Virus record (IMG/VR): IMGVR_UViG_3300050821_001948
Span: 1-64,000 of that record
DNA from: a virus
DNA length: 64,000 nucleotides
Direction: 5' to 3' (one strand)
The notes beneath the pieces were generated by a model. The model did no database searches. It saw only the letters and a list, made by a program, of their open reading frames with translations, and had not been told where the DNA came from. Below are positions 31,564 through 43,880 of the stretch, in pieces; within the stretch, counting starts at the first letter, position 1, and every line of letters starts with the position of its first letter. The translations under genes and the position numbers were made by a program.

Positions 31564-32054
31564 TTCACGAATGGCTGGTCAGCTCGGACGTACAGTGGGT
31601 GTCTCGGGTGTCCCATCTTCGTAGTCCCAAGGCAATGAATATTCATTCCCTCATCCACGTCATCTAGAAGCTTAACTACTTCATTGACGCGCTCGTCAGG
31701 GCCGTAGGCACCCCAGGCCGCAACCAGTAGGTCAGCCTCATTTGCGTAGATCTTTAGGATTTCATCATTCTGGGGGCCTACTGGGTCTTCAGCTCTCCAT
31801 AGTTCAGCAGGCTCAGTAGCGCGCAGCCCATAGAGGTTGGCCACAACTAATTCACCAGCGCCAGCATCCTTTGCAAATCTGACACATCGGCGGATAGTTG
31901 GGTCATCTTGGTAAGCTGAAGCGGTCGATGGGTTCAACATAATAAACGTTACATTAAAACCATCCGTGTCCCATGTGCGACGTAGGCCGTAGCGGTACTT
32001 CTGATCTGCGGAGATCCATGCTGATCGTGCCGTCTCGCGCATCACTTCATTCAT
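31548..32054 (-). CDS. DUF1643 family protein
   Basis: YRYGLRRTW, FIMLNPSTA..DDPTIRRC, NLY..RAT.P, AAWG, PRHPLY. Confidence 0.88.
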   Translation of the reverse strand: MNEVMRETARSAWISADQKYRYGLRRTWDTDGFNVTFIMLNPSTASAYQDDPTIRRCVRFAKDAGAGELVVANLYGLRATEPAELWRAEDPVGPQNDEILKIYANEADLLVAAWGAYGPDERVNEVVKLLDDVDEGMNIHCLGTTKMGHPRHPLYVRADQPFVKWERP

Positions 32055-35000
32055 AACAGATAATCACCTAGGGTTTGGGATTCTAGCCAGAATGTAAGGG
32101 TCATAGTCTCGAAACCGCATCCATCAACCTCGAATTCTTCGATGCCGTAGTAACCATTAGTATCTACGAACATCTTTACTTGGGCGTTATCAGGGATGTT
32201 CTTCAACGCTTCCTTGAGGTCACCAACAGTAAGCATTACTGGTTCCCTTCGAGGGCTTCTGCGGCCCGGAGTAATTTTCTTTTCATGAACTTGAACTTCT
32301 TGGCATCAGCCGGATGCTTGGCTTTCTTGGCTAGCTTATCGTAGCATACTGCGGCTTCACGCATATAGGTGGATGCGCTGGAGGTTACTCCGGACATGCT
32401 GTTCCGCAGGCTCCCATCAGATTCCACTCCAGCTAACTTCAACTTCTCCATGGATGGAGCAAATACCTTTGTAGTCATATCCAAGCTCGGGGCAAATTAG
32501 ATAGCCACGTACTGTTGCGGAACTAATAAACCTTCCACACTTAGCACAATGCGTACTCGGGATACTCCAGATTTCAATGTTGGTGTATTCCCGCCCATCG
32601 GAGAAATCTACATTCGCGGCCTCTCGAATCATTATTTACCACGCCATTTGCGTATTGGAATCGGACTCCACCCCTGACGGCGCTTAAGTATTAGTCTCTT
32701 ATCGATTTTAATGGCGGTCTCAACATCGAGCCCAAGGTATTCCGTGGGAAGAACTGATGGTGGTAGACCTTGGTCCACTATCGCGGGCTCAACCGAGTGC
32801 CCACATGGACCCCAGGTGGTACTACTCAACCCTGGGACTTCCAGAATAAGGCTTTCGGGTTCGATGGACTTCTCAATCACCACCATCTCAGCTTCATCCT
32901 CATCTACCCTACGGTTTAATAGCTGGAGGATAATTGGAGGTGGCTCACTGATTACGTGAACACCGACATGCTTGTTGGATAGGGTGCAAAGATAGACGGT
33001 TCCGGAGAATGTACCCTTGTGGTAGAACTTACAGCCCTCACTCCATTCTTGCGGCCAGGTCTCTATGTAGTTGACACCGATCATACTTGGGGAAAAGACC
33101 CACACGGGTGCAAGGCTGGGCATTACTTCCAGCCATCCCAGAGGTAGTGGAGGATGTTATTCATTTCAGCCTCAAGAACATAGTGACCTACGGACAGACG
33201 GTCTGTGTACTTCATTGCCACTAGGTTCTGTACCGGACTGGGAATTTGGTAGACCTGGAGTGCTGATGGAACGATCGTGAATGTTCCACCCTTAGGGCCT
33301 TTGTGGAATAGCGCAATTAGCCCGAGCCCGTAAATATTAGATAGGGTGTCATCAAAATACATATCATGACTATACCCAGCGACCGCCCCCGGTGCTGGAC
33401 CCTTAGGGGCCTTTGGTAACTCCAAGGCGGGCGTATCCGAACTTGGGTGACCACCCTTGTGGTTAGACATCTTCCGCCATACTGTCTGGCAGGTCGTTCC
33501 CAACAGGAAGAATCCCATCGCGGAGTGTGTACAACACGGTTCCCTGAATGTGGTTACCTGTATCGACATAGGCAGTCAGGATTGCATCATACCCCAGCTC
33601 ATAGAACTTGTTCATGTCATCTTCGCACAGGCTGTGACGCGGGGCTTTCGCGCCTTGAATGTCGATGGTTCCGGTCAGCACATAGGTGCGGATAACATAC
33701 TTCTTCAGCTCAGCCATTATTTTCCCACGCCTTAATTTCTCTTTCCAGGACGTAACCATTGAAAGCCAACCATGCAATCCAGAACAGGGCTCCGAGAGTA
33801 GTTGTTGATGTCTTGATGAGGTACAGATCAAACACGATGGAAATCAGGATGATAATGATCCAGAAGAGGTGCTTCATCTACCACTCAACGGGTGCTAGTT
33901 CGGAATGGTCATTGAGACCAACTTCAACGGTGTTCCTAGGAGACTCTTTAACGCCGGTCTGAATATTTTCCCACACTAACGGGAAGGGCTTCAAGGTCCG
34001 GATGCGGCCACCAGCGGTCAGCCAGACTGCTAATTCACAATCGTCAGGTACGTTGATAATGGTGCGTAGGGTATCAAAGTCACCCCCAAGATCTTGTCGG
34101 GCACCCTCAACCAGTTCAGTGATATCAACTACGCTCATTCTTACCACTCATCAACCTCAATGATGTCGACATCACCGATGAGATCAGCGAAACCGTCAAT
34201 TCTTTCCAGGCGGTGGATTCCGCACCAGACACTCATTCTTGCTGCGTCTACCGCGTTACGGTGGTAGTCGCCTTCATAGATTTCAGGGTTACTCTTTCCC
34301 TTCACGCGACAGATGACCCGGAGTTCAACTTCCTCATCCCACTCGATGGGCTCCAACGAGCCTCTATCTTCCTCGGACATAGGAGATTTTCCCTTCAAGG
34401 CAGTCGTTCGCCCCAGCTACAGCGACACCCCAGGTTTCTCCCCGGTCTTGCAATACTTGAACGTTAGCTGCCCAAGTAAGCGCATCCTCCTCTATGTCAA
34501 CCACACCTCTAATCGATAGGGTTGAGATGGAGTTACGGTTGTGGTTCAATAACGTATCCCAAGAGACACCTAGATCAATGAGTGCGTAACCAATAAGACA
34601 TGACGGTTGATCGGCACTGTTAAGGTACGTGCAACGCTTTAAATCATCACCCACGTAAACGTAGTCAGCACCCTTTAGTCTAATTGCCCTGTTGACGGCA
34701 TCACGGATATTTGCGAGCGTAATCTTAGCCATTGTGCGCCGCCACGAACTCGGGGTATGAGAGCGTGCTGTACCAGCTATCGCGGTCAGTCTCAAGACCT
34801 TCGGGGGCGAAGGAAACTTCTTCCTTCCCTAGGTCAATTACTGCAACTGGATTAACTTCTGGTCCAGGCGCGTCATCAAGATTAAATGCTTTGAGTACAC
34901 TAGTAACCAAAGCCTGTGCGGTATCAGTCCACCAGTCAACATCCAGCGGGCCAAGGAAGCTACCCGGAAGGCCCCACGGATCAGGGCGAAGATAGAAACC

Positions 35001-35491
35001 TGCGGCACCTACAATCTCGGCCACATCTTCAGCCTGTGGGTATACTAGGAAGAACTTGCTTACATCGGTGATTTTACTCAGCGCCTTTCAGTCGGTGGTG
35101 GTTGGTACTATTGGACCGAAGTTGATTCCGGTTACACCATCCCACACTTTGCCAGTATAGGGAAGTCGGACAACGAAAAGTCCTAGGGTAATCCAGCGGT
35201 AGGTTCCATCAGTTCGGCGCCTCAACTCACGCTTCGCGGCGCCCTTGGTCCAGTATTCACCCCGGATGCCGACGAATGGCTCGGTTGTTTCTAGAATACC
35301 CCAGCGTTTCATTCGGGATCGAATGTTCGGGGGCCGCGTGATTCAGGTGGACCGACTTCTTTGAACCAGGACTCAGTACCATCCCAGTATTCAACGTCTT
35401 TACCGGAGAGGATGTTGTAGTATTCGCGCTCGAACAGGAACATTCTGATGGTGTAGTACCATCCGCGAATCCAGGCTCGAAATTTCCCCAT
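32051..35491 (-). CDS. Block of ~12 hypothetical proteins, including 34364-34732 (paralog of 52290-52646)
   Basis: Coupled ORFs of 60-160 aa. Confidence 0.5.
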
Positions 35492-35498
35492 ACAGGCA

Positions 35499-35527
35499 AA
35501 CTTACCAGAAGCCTACGGCAGTGTCAA
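35499..35527 (-). promoter_or_regulatory. SigA-like promoter TTGACA-N17-TAAGTT, leaderless
   Basis: -10 ends 7 nt before ATG 35491; no SD. Confidence 0.75.
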
Positions 35528-36031
35528 GGGTGGCCCGCTGGTTACCTGACACAATAATGGGACTAGACAAAGATTTAACGGCGGCGAAACCTGCGGAAGC
35601 GGAACGGGTGTAGGCAACGGCAGGGGAGCGAGCACTCGGTTAGGTAGAGGGATTGGCTGGGGTACTGGGAATGGGATCGGCACAGGAGTTGGCACGAAAA
35701 CAGGTGCGGGGATTGATACACCCACGGGTGGTGTTTGCACTGGAACGGGTAATGTAACTGGAGGTCTAATACCTGTTGGTAGCGTTGGCTTAGGCGCCAC
35801 AGGGGATGTCTTCGGCGTACCAGCTCCCACCTTCGGCGCAACTTTCAGGGCAGTGGTTGGTGCAGGTTGAATCACCGGCTTGGGCACGGGATGAAAGATT
35901 CTCTTTGCCGGTCCCTTGTTGAATAGACCAGCAACACCCGTTACTAGAATGAGTGCGAGCACGAAAGCATTTCCGGCCGCAAGAAAAATGACCAGGGCCT
36001 TCTTCGGCTTTGACAAGTTCGCGTATTCCAT
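35513..36031 (-). CDS. Membrane-anchored proline-rich protein
   Basis: Basic N-terminus, one TM helix, then a (XP)n-rich extension; strong SD AAGGAGGGG. Confidence 0.7.
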   Translation of the reverse strand: MEYANLSKPKKALVIFLAAGNAFVLALILVTGVAGLFNKGPAKRIFHPVPKPVIQPAPTTALKVAPKVGAGTPKTSPVAPKPTLPTGIRPPVTLPVPVQTPPVGVSIPAPVFVPTPVPIPFPVPQPIPLPNRVLAPLPLPTPVPLPQVSPPLNLCLVPLLCQVTSGPPLTLP

Positions 36032-36094
36032 GAGTCCACCCCTCCTTAGGGTCTTTGTACCCTATTTATCGGAGTGGATCTAGGTCGATTTAAC

Positions 36095-36917
36095 TCAGTC
36101 GCCCATCGCGTAGTAGACGGCACACATAACGGTGAGGATGATGACGTAGAACGGCCAGCCTAGAATCAGGCTGATTGTCTGCGGATACGAGGCGCCCCCA
36201 TTAGGGCTTGACGTCTTGTTGAAGTACCGACCGAAGAACACTCCAACGGTTAGATACCCAATACCCCCGAGGGTAATCCAAAGCCATGTCATACTTTGAC
36301 CCCAGCGTAGGCGAGTGCTGAAATAACGAGGGCGTACACCAACCAGAGCGGCCAGAAAATAATTGTGCTAACAGTGTTCCAGGCTCCAGCTTCATGGTCC
36401 GGATTCAGCTCTTTACTACAACTGTAAACGCTGCGCGCGAAGATGGTTCCGAGGGAGAGGTAGCCGATGACTGCGAGGAAAATCCAGACTGCTAGCACTT
36501 ATGGTCTCCAATGTAGGGGTCGAACGTGTTTGCGAATTCTTCTCTAGCTATCTGATATTCCCAGGAGCGGAAAACGCTCGCCGCGCATTCAGCGACAAGC
36601 TCTCCAGCAGAAAGCTCTACGCGCTCCTTGATGGGTTCGGAGTCAATAGCCACACCATCTTCTTCATGGTATGTATACATCCCCAAATCATCCAGAACAG
36701 GTACCCATCTTATGTAATCCTTACTTACCTGCTGATTTCTTTGAACAACAATCTCTTTCTGACGTCCAAACCTACCACTAACTGTCCGGTGGATAGACAC
36801 GTGAAAGAAGGCTTCTTTGTCACCAATGAAGTTATTTATGTAGCGCTTCTCCACCCGGTAGAAATATCCTTCAGGCAATGGCGGTGCACCGAGTGCTATT
36901 AGTTCAGCGTGTGTCAC
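36095..36917 (-). CDS. Two paralogous 2-TM proteins (36095-36292, 36289-36498) and a hypothetical protein (36492-36917)
   Basis: Shared W....IGYL..G..F.R...WP pattern. Confidence 0.55.
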
Positions 36918-36959
36918 GGGAACAATTCTTCTTTTCTGTGGGTGGGGAAAAGCGTGCAC

Positions 36960-37202
36960 AGGGAAAAAACTTTTCGGAGATTCCAGGATCGAGTTGATCT
37001 TGATCTAGACGGGCTTTTCTGCTAGATCTTGATCAACTTGGGGCGACCTTTCTTGCTCACTAAACTGGGGTAGCATGGTTTTCTGCCTCTTTTTCGACTC
37101 TATCAACAATAGTGAGGTCGTGGACCCAGAGTCCCACAGGAGGGAACAGTACCAGAAGTGGGTGTGCCGCGCAATTGTGGATAACCCACTTCAGCCAGTT
37201 CC
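36960..37202. other. Origin-like intergenic region (DnaA box, GATC-rich inverted repeat)
   Basis: TGTGGATAA at 37176-37184; imperfect 17-bp inverted repeat at 36992-37038; 9-bp inverted repeat at 37155-37192. Confidence 0.35.
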
Positions 37203-40200
37203 TCATGACTTAATTCCAAGAAGCGCGTTCGTGATTGACCAGTGCGGCCGGTAGGTGACATCAGCTTTTAGGAAGGCTAGACCGTCTGCGCCGAACGTTT
37301 CCACGGAAGGACGAGTGCTTATTTGCACATCACTAATGATGTCTTCAGCGGGAATGTCAAGCTTAATGTAGTCTTTGATGTACTGAACTGTTTTCGCCAG
37401 CAATTCGGGGTAGTTATTACCGGATACTTCGAATACGAATAGGCTGCTATTTATCATTTGTAGAGCGCTAACGGCAAGTCAGTAAAGATACGGTCGAATT
37501 CAATAATGAAGCTGGTGATATGCGGTGGAATTGGAATAGTGCAGTCGGCAGGGTTGCTGGGACTATCGCTTGGTTTACCCATTTCGACAATATTGGTTAG
37601 AACCATAACCTTCTCCCCTGTGGTGGTTTCCAAATATTGTGCCACGGGACAATGGGTCGGTGATTTGCGTACTCCCTGGATTCCTAGAGAAAGGAAGTAT
37701 TCAGAGATCGCTGGAATAGTTTTTGGTAGAGCTTCTAGGGCGGCTACTACCTTCTCTTCGGGTGTCACGGGTTCTGGCTTCTTACCAAACAGCTTCTTGA
37801 TGGCCTTAATCATGAAACAATCTCCTGGCCCTGGGGAAAGTCGGGGAGTCTAGAAAAAGCTGAAACGAGAATGTCCACGCGGTGATCTAGCGCATGAAGA
37901 TCGGTGAGTTCCCAGCCTTCAATACTCTCTCGGCGCGAAGCCTTGTAGTCCACACCAGTTTTGGCAAATTCCCACTTTTCGAAGGCTTCCCTGGTGACAC
38001 TGAATAGGCCCTGGACGATTTTAGTGTTATTCGCGGCGCCAAGGAGAACCTGATCAGCATTCAGTGCGTTGAAGACAATGTTCCGCACGAATACCCGCTG
38101 CACCTCAGTGGGAACGTCTAAGTAGTTCACTTGCCACCATCCAGGAGGGAATAGAGATCTTTTGCCATACCCTCATAGAACTTGAGGAGTTCCGGGTCTT
38201 TGACAATAACATGGGTAGTGAATATAATCCAGCGCTAGAGCCTGTGAACGAATACCATCCTGCAACCTTTTCAGTTCAGCTTCGGCTTTGAGAGCGCGGC
38301 GATCCATGTAATCGAGAGGGACTGCGGCTATTTCTGGCTTATCGCGGGGCTCATGAGGACAGTCTTCCTGATGGGTTCCAAATACGAATAGGTCGCAACC
38401 GTTTTCACATTCGCCACTCGTAAACCAGCTCATTCTTCTATTCCCCAAACGTCGATGGCTAGTGCTGCGGCCTTATCCCAGTCCCACTCAACGGTCTTCA
38501 TGTTGGTCAGCGGGGAGGTTACTGTGTGCGTCGGTGATTCACCATCGGCCCAGCCAATAACCAGGGACGGCCAAAGATCTCCGAGCATGGTGACAACTTC
38601 GAATGTAGCATACTTCGCCCAACCTTCGCTATCTGTTGCGCCGGGTGAAAATCTTCCGGTGGGTTCACTTTTACCCCAGAGGCGCCGGATGCGGGAGTTT
38701 TCCTGGTCCAGCTCATAGGTGGAGTTCTGCGTCTCAAAAATGATCATCCCGTATCCTCCACGTCATCATTAACCTCTTGGGCCACCGCAATAAATTCTTC
38801 ACAGGCGTTTTGTAGTTCAGCGCGGCACCAGTCCACAAACGAGTAGCCTTGAACAGCAGCTCCGCTGTCACTGTCATAAGCCATCACCGCGAAGGTGCCA
38901 GCTAACATCACTAAGAGTTCCTGTACTCGGAATAGGGCCAGTATGTCTTTGGCTTCCTCCATGTTCGCCACAGCGATTGCGGATTCACGAAGAAAGTCGT
39001 CGGTTCGTTCTTGTGCACCGGCTTTAATAGCTAGTCCACCACGGGCGATCAGCTCGAAGAGTAGTTCAAGGATGGCTATTTCTTCCTCAGGGAACCTGTT
39101 AGCCATTAGAACGGACTTCCCGTCTCGGGGGTTGCGAATTCCTTGCTAAGTTCTTGCCACTGCTTGAATCTCTTATCGCGCTCCCCGGAACGGTACTTCT
39201 CACTATCATCAAGCATTTTCTGAATAGCGTCCTTACGCCTCTGAAGAGCTGCATCGAAGTCGGTTAGCCAGAGAGTTTCTAGGAATTCTTCATAACCTTC
39301 GTGGTCGGTAAAATAGAGTTCCCCATCCAAATGGTACTCATAATTCTCAGGACGGAATGTTCTATTAGCCCTAGGAGACCCAAAACCCCTAGGGGTGGGA
39401 AATGGGTTCGCCAGGATTGCCTCGTTTATTCCAAGAAGGCGTTCTTCAACATATGCTTTGATAGTCCGCTGAGCATCATCAACAAGCGCAATGAAATCCT
39501 TGGCATCAAGATTCAGGCTCTTAGGCATAGTATACTTCCAACTCCCCAGTCTCATAGTTTTCCCTGAGGTTAGTGTACACCACAATTTCGCCAAACTGAA
39601 CCCCCAACGCCGCGACCGGAAGAATTTTCCGGACAGTCGCCAATAGGTCATCTAGGGTTTTGATAGCTTGAGTCTCTTCTTTGACGTAGGCAGTATGCCA
39701 GGCTTTTGCCACCACGGCGGCGGCTGGATGGGTCATATGCGGCCCATCATGCCCTTTTGGTAGCAGGTCACAGTAGGTGTGGGAATAGCGGTCACCGGGA
39801 CCGTAGTCAACAACCTCACCACACGTTCGTAAGGTCATGACGCTGGCCAGAACATTGCTTGAATCTGCTCAGCGTTAATAGCAGGAGTGGGCTCCCAGTA
39901 TTCCATTTGAGCCCGCAGGCGTGCTAGCTCATTCTCGGCCAGTACGGCTCGGTTCTTCCAGGCGGCTCCTTCATCATCCACTTGTCGCAGTAGACTCTCT
40001 TGAGAGAGGAAAGTGACGATGCGCTTGTCGAGGCTCGTATCTTCTTCCCGGACAATATCCATGGAAGCTCTAGCCCGATGAACACAGTTCTCGGCTAGAT
40101 CCTGAATTGAACGGCTCACAGTTCCGTCTCTAAACTGTCCATTGCAGCGAGCGCCAAACGGGCATTCTGGATGCAGAGTTGGAGCGCGTAACGAGCGGCC

Positions 40201-41659
40201 TGTTCCGTGGCTCCGTTCACAGCAAACTCAGCGGCATCTCGAAACGCCGGAAGACCCATCGTCGGCTGCTGGATGTAGTTCAGGTGCACGCGAACTTTGG
40301 CCAACATGGCTTGCAGTCTGTCCAGTTGATCCATCGCTTCATTCGCAAGCTGTGCCTCGGCATCTGCCGCGAGCTTGAGGATGTAGTTATCGTCACCCCT
40401 CAGGAGACCGGCTTTACCGAGTGCCCCGACAATCTTCCGGCTATCGAGATACCAGCCACGCGATGGCTCGCCGCGCTCTCCATAGAGGGCCTGTGCTGCG
40501 ACTTCATAAGCTTGGTCCATAACTTCATCCTGGGTCATGAAACCTCCTCGTCTAGCCAGCGGTAGAAACGGTTGTTATGTGCGCGGAACCAAAGTAACTG
40601 GGCCTGTTCACCGATAAATCGGATCGGCCATACCGCCTTTTCCCGGTACAGGTTTCCCACCGGCTCAGTCCAGTCAAATGCGAGGCACCACAGGAAGCGT
40701 AGCACACGGCGAGTTCTGGTTTTCGCGGGCCAAGTATTGAGTTTCCACCATGGCGTTTCATGACATTCGTCTGATTCACAGAACTCACAGTACTTGTCGT
40801 TCACGAGATTATCCAGTCTTCGATAGCGTAAGTGAGGCTACCCTTATCCTCGCGCGGTATAGGGTGCCGTGCCACCCATTCCTCAGCGGCTTCCATTGAG
40901 TGGAAAACCTCTACTATTTCACTACCTTCGAAGTGGCGCTCTAGGGTAAGAACCCAAACACTATGTCCGATAAAGTCTTCGTTAGCCACGGAATTCATCC
41001 TCCATCCAAATGCTGGGATCTTTCTTGCACTCTGTGCAGAAGCCAATGAACTTGTACGGATTAGCGGCTACTTGTTGAACCTGTGCTGGCGTCAGGTCTC
41101 GCTTTATGGTTTCCCCGCAACCTTGACATCCCAGCCAATCAGTTTCTTGCATCAAATTCCTCGTAGATATATCCATCGTTCACAACTTCGATCTTCGGGC
41201 GCACCCGATACTTGCCGATCCTCGGGGGCGCACCTAGATTCATGAAGTAGTCGTCTACCTCGCAATGCAACAGTTCTTTTCCTAAGCGCTCATGCAATGG
41301 GTGCTGCATGTTGTAGTTCTCTTCGTGGAAGTTCACGATATGATATTCCTCGAAACAACCAAGGTCTTCGAGGATGTCGCAAAGCTCGTTGATGTAATGT
41401 GCGCCCTCTCGGCATTGGTTCGCGTAGTTGCGCGCCCTAATAACGGCACCTACGATATCGTGACTCATGACTTCACCTTGTTACGAATCTCCACTAGCAG
41501 GGGCGACAGAATGTAGAAGGTTCCCTGAATGGGCCACAGGACTATACAGACGACAGCCTGCCACCAGACGGGATTTGAGTTATAGCGGTTGAAGTGACTC
41601 CACATGAGGAACCAGATGATGCCAATAAGCAGGTAGGTGAACGCGATCCAGCCGCTCAT
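37203..41659 (-). CDS. Block of ~15 hypothetical proteins, including 37454-37813 (CPVA family)
   Basis: Coupled ORFs of 60-140 aa. Confidence 0.5.
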
Positions 41660-41670
41660 GATATTTCCTA

Positions 41671-41732
41671 ACTGTAATAGCCGAGCCGCCCGTGGGACGA
41701 AGGAGAGGAACAACCACGGGCGGCTCGACAGT
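41671..41732 (-). ncRNA. Perfect 14-bp hairpin with an anti-Shine-Dalgarno loop
   Basis: CGAGCCGCCCGTGG (41682-41695) / CCACGGGCGGCTCG (41714-41727); minus-strand loop UUGUUCCUCUCCUUCGUC. Confidence 0.5.
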
Positions 41733-41741
41733 CTGTGGGTG

Positions 41742-42583
41742 CTAGTACGTTTCCACGTACATCGAACAGTGACAACCTACTCCAGGATGGCCGCAGGTGC
41801 AATGGCTCCGGAGAACTTTCTTGGGGCGCGGAACTTCTTCCACCTTAGGCGGAACGTAGTTTCTTACCTCTTCCAGGTACTGGATTTGGTCAGCCGCCCA
41901 GAAACAGTCATCCCGAAATCCATCATTCAGCGGGAACTTGAAGCCAATGTCATACAAGTCAGACTCGGTTAGCTCCAGGATGATCTCGTACTTTCCGTTA
42001 CCGCAATGCTTTCCGACCTTAATCATCTGTAGTCCATATGAACTTCTCCATAATGGACCAGCACTTCGGGGTCATGAAATCAGAATCTTCAATCAGATCG
42101 GCCACAAGAAGTAGCCCGATGAACGTGCAGGCAATGAGGATAATCAACAAGAACCGTAGAAGGAATTCTATGAATCCGAAGAAAAGGAGGGAGAGCGCGA
42201 ATGGGTACTTCACAGGTCAATCCGATGCATAAGCTCAATGAATCCCATGACCGCACCAATAGCAAACAGTACTCCACCAGTTCCGGCTACACGGGTTACC
42301 GTATCATGCCCATGGGTCCAGATGGCGGCGAGGAAAAACACAAACCCTACAGATACCAGAATAGCACTAACGGCCAACCGTATGTCTCCAGCCTTCATTT
42401 CACTCCTCATGCTTTCAGTTCCCCTGTTCTAACAGCCAAATCCGACCAAACCTCCATAACATTCCCGAGCATCACTCGGCTAGCATCAGGGAGTTCTAGC
42501 ATCCCGATGGACATCATTAGCATGAGCGTCCAGCAGACCTGTTCGGCCGCATCGCGTCGCTTGGCGGCATTCGTCTTTGCCAT
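41742..42583 (-). CDS. Four small proteins (41742-42026, 42019-42213 TM, 42210-42410 TM, 42407-42583)
   Basis: Coupled ORFs; 42407-42583 read by hand (MAKTNAAKRR...). Confidence 0.5.
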
Positions 42584-42687
42584 TTCTCCCCTTTAAAAGT
42601 TTGTGGAGCAGTTTGAATCTCATGCTCAGGAGGTATCACTGGGCGACCTTCTTGGAGGTGTTAGCGATCACGGAGAAGCCCAGTGAA

Positions 42688-42716
42688 AACTTATCTCACT
42701 TCTCACTTCTTGTCAA
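42688..42716 (-). promoter_or_regulatory. SigA-like promoter TTGACA-N17-TAAGTT
   Basis: Same hexamers as at 25881 and 35499. Confidence 0.75.
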
Positions 42717-43221
42717 GGGTGCGACACGTTTGACATCTAGGCAGGTGAGGCGTCCTCAAGGACTGGACAAAGATCCGGCTCTCGTGACCGCAGGGTAGTA
42801 TGACGTTTTGCTGTGGCCCGGTTTGCCCTGGAAGGATTATTACTCCCCGACTTTTCGCCACTGACTTTATGGCAGCTCCTCGCGTTTCGACTATACAGAT
42901 CTTACATTGCGGCTTCCTGCCTTGACGTAAGGTCTGTGACCATACCTTCTGCGCGTGTCCACACTCAAGGGTTGCTTCACCTGTCACGTTTCCATCGTCA
43001 GAGTTGTATCGGAAGCCATATTTTGATTCCAGATCGCCCCGTTCGCACCCCAGGCATCTATTTTTGAGGATGTAATATGGATTCTTGACTGCAAGGTGTT
43101 CACACAAGTGGAGTTTTACGGCTTCGAGGAGATTACCAGGGATCGGCTGTCCGTTTATTCTGGCTTCGTAGAGTCGGTACCGGGCTATTCGTAGGGCGTC
43201 ATCTAGGGCTATATTACTCAT
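42703..43221 (-). CDS. Zinc-ribbon repeat protein B
   Basis: ECGH...CKIC and PCGH...CQTC units; N-terminal motif shared with 43218-43880. Confidence 0.7.
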   Translation of the reverse strand: MSNIALDDALRIARYRLYEARINGQPIPGNLLEAVKLHLCEHLAVKNPYYILKNRCLGCERGDLESKYGFRYNSDDGNVTGEATLECGHAQKVWSQTLRQGRKPQCKICIVETRGAAIKSVAKSRGVIILPGQTGPQQNVILPCGHESRIFVQSLRTPHLPRCQTCRTLDKK

Positions 43222-43880
43222 ACAGAATTCCTGAACCCCACGACTCCCTTTGCGCGATTGTTGTTTCGTATTTCTCTACGCCGCTTATTGAAGGTGCTAC
43301 GAGAGCATTTTTTACATTCCCCAGATCTAATGGTAACTTTTTCGCGCGGGATTCCGCAACTTATACAACAAACCGAGCATCTATAATTCCTAGTAGATCC
43401 AGGAGGTGGTGGCGCGCAGAATATTTCATGGCCACATTCATATAAGTAAACCATTTTAGTGGACATATTCTTGAATTTTTGCCCTGGGGCTAGCCGTAAT
43501 TGGAATTGTGAAAAGACCCTATCTGTTGCTTTTTCAAGAGAGTCTTCTTTTCGACAAGTAGTACAGTAAGGAATCTTCCTAGAATTCCCATAATAGAAAT
43601 TTGATATTGTATACCTACCAACATGACCATTTGGACAGGTTGCTGTTAATATTTCACGGGTGTCATCGGGAATTCCAGAATGTGTAAAATTACCAAGCTT
43701 CAGGAGGGAATCAAGATCCTCTTTCCAGGACTTTTCTTTTAAAAAACCAGGGACATGTAGTCTAATTGCCTCAATCATCGCTTCACTAGGCTCTAGCCCA
43801 GCTTTAATAGCTGCCCTAACCCGCGCTTGCGCGGCCCAAATGACTTGATTCTTTGTTTGATTTTTATTTGGAGGCCGCAT
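43218..43880 (-). CDS. Zinc-ribbon repeat protein A
   Basis: CPNGH...CTTC, ECGH...CSVC, CISC...CKKC; basic; AT-rich DNA. Confidence 0.7.
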   Translation of the reverse strand: MRPPNKNQTKNQVIWAAQARVRAAIKAGLEPSEAMIEAIRLHVPGFLKEKSWKEDLDSLLKLGNFTHSGIPDDTREILTATCPNGHVGRYTISNFYYGNSRKIPYCTTCRKEDSLEKATDRVFSQFQLRLAPGQKFKNMSTKMVYLYECGHEIFCAPPPPGSTRNYRCSVCCISCGIPREKVTIRSGECKKCSRSTFNKRRREIRNNNRAKGVVGFRNSV

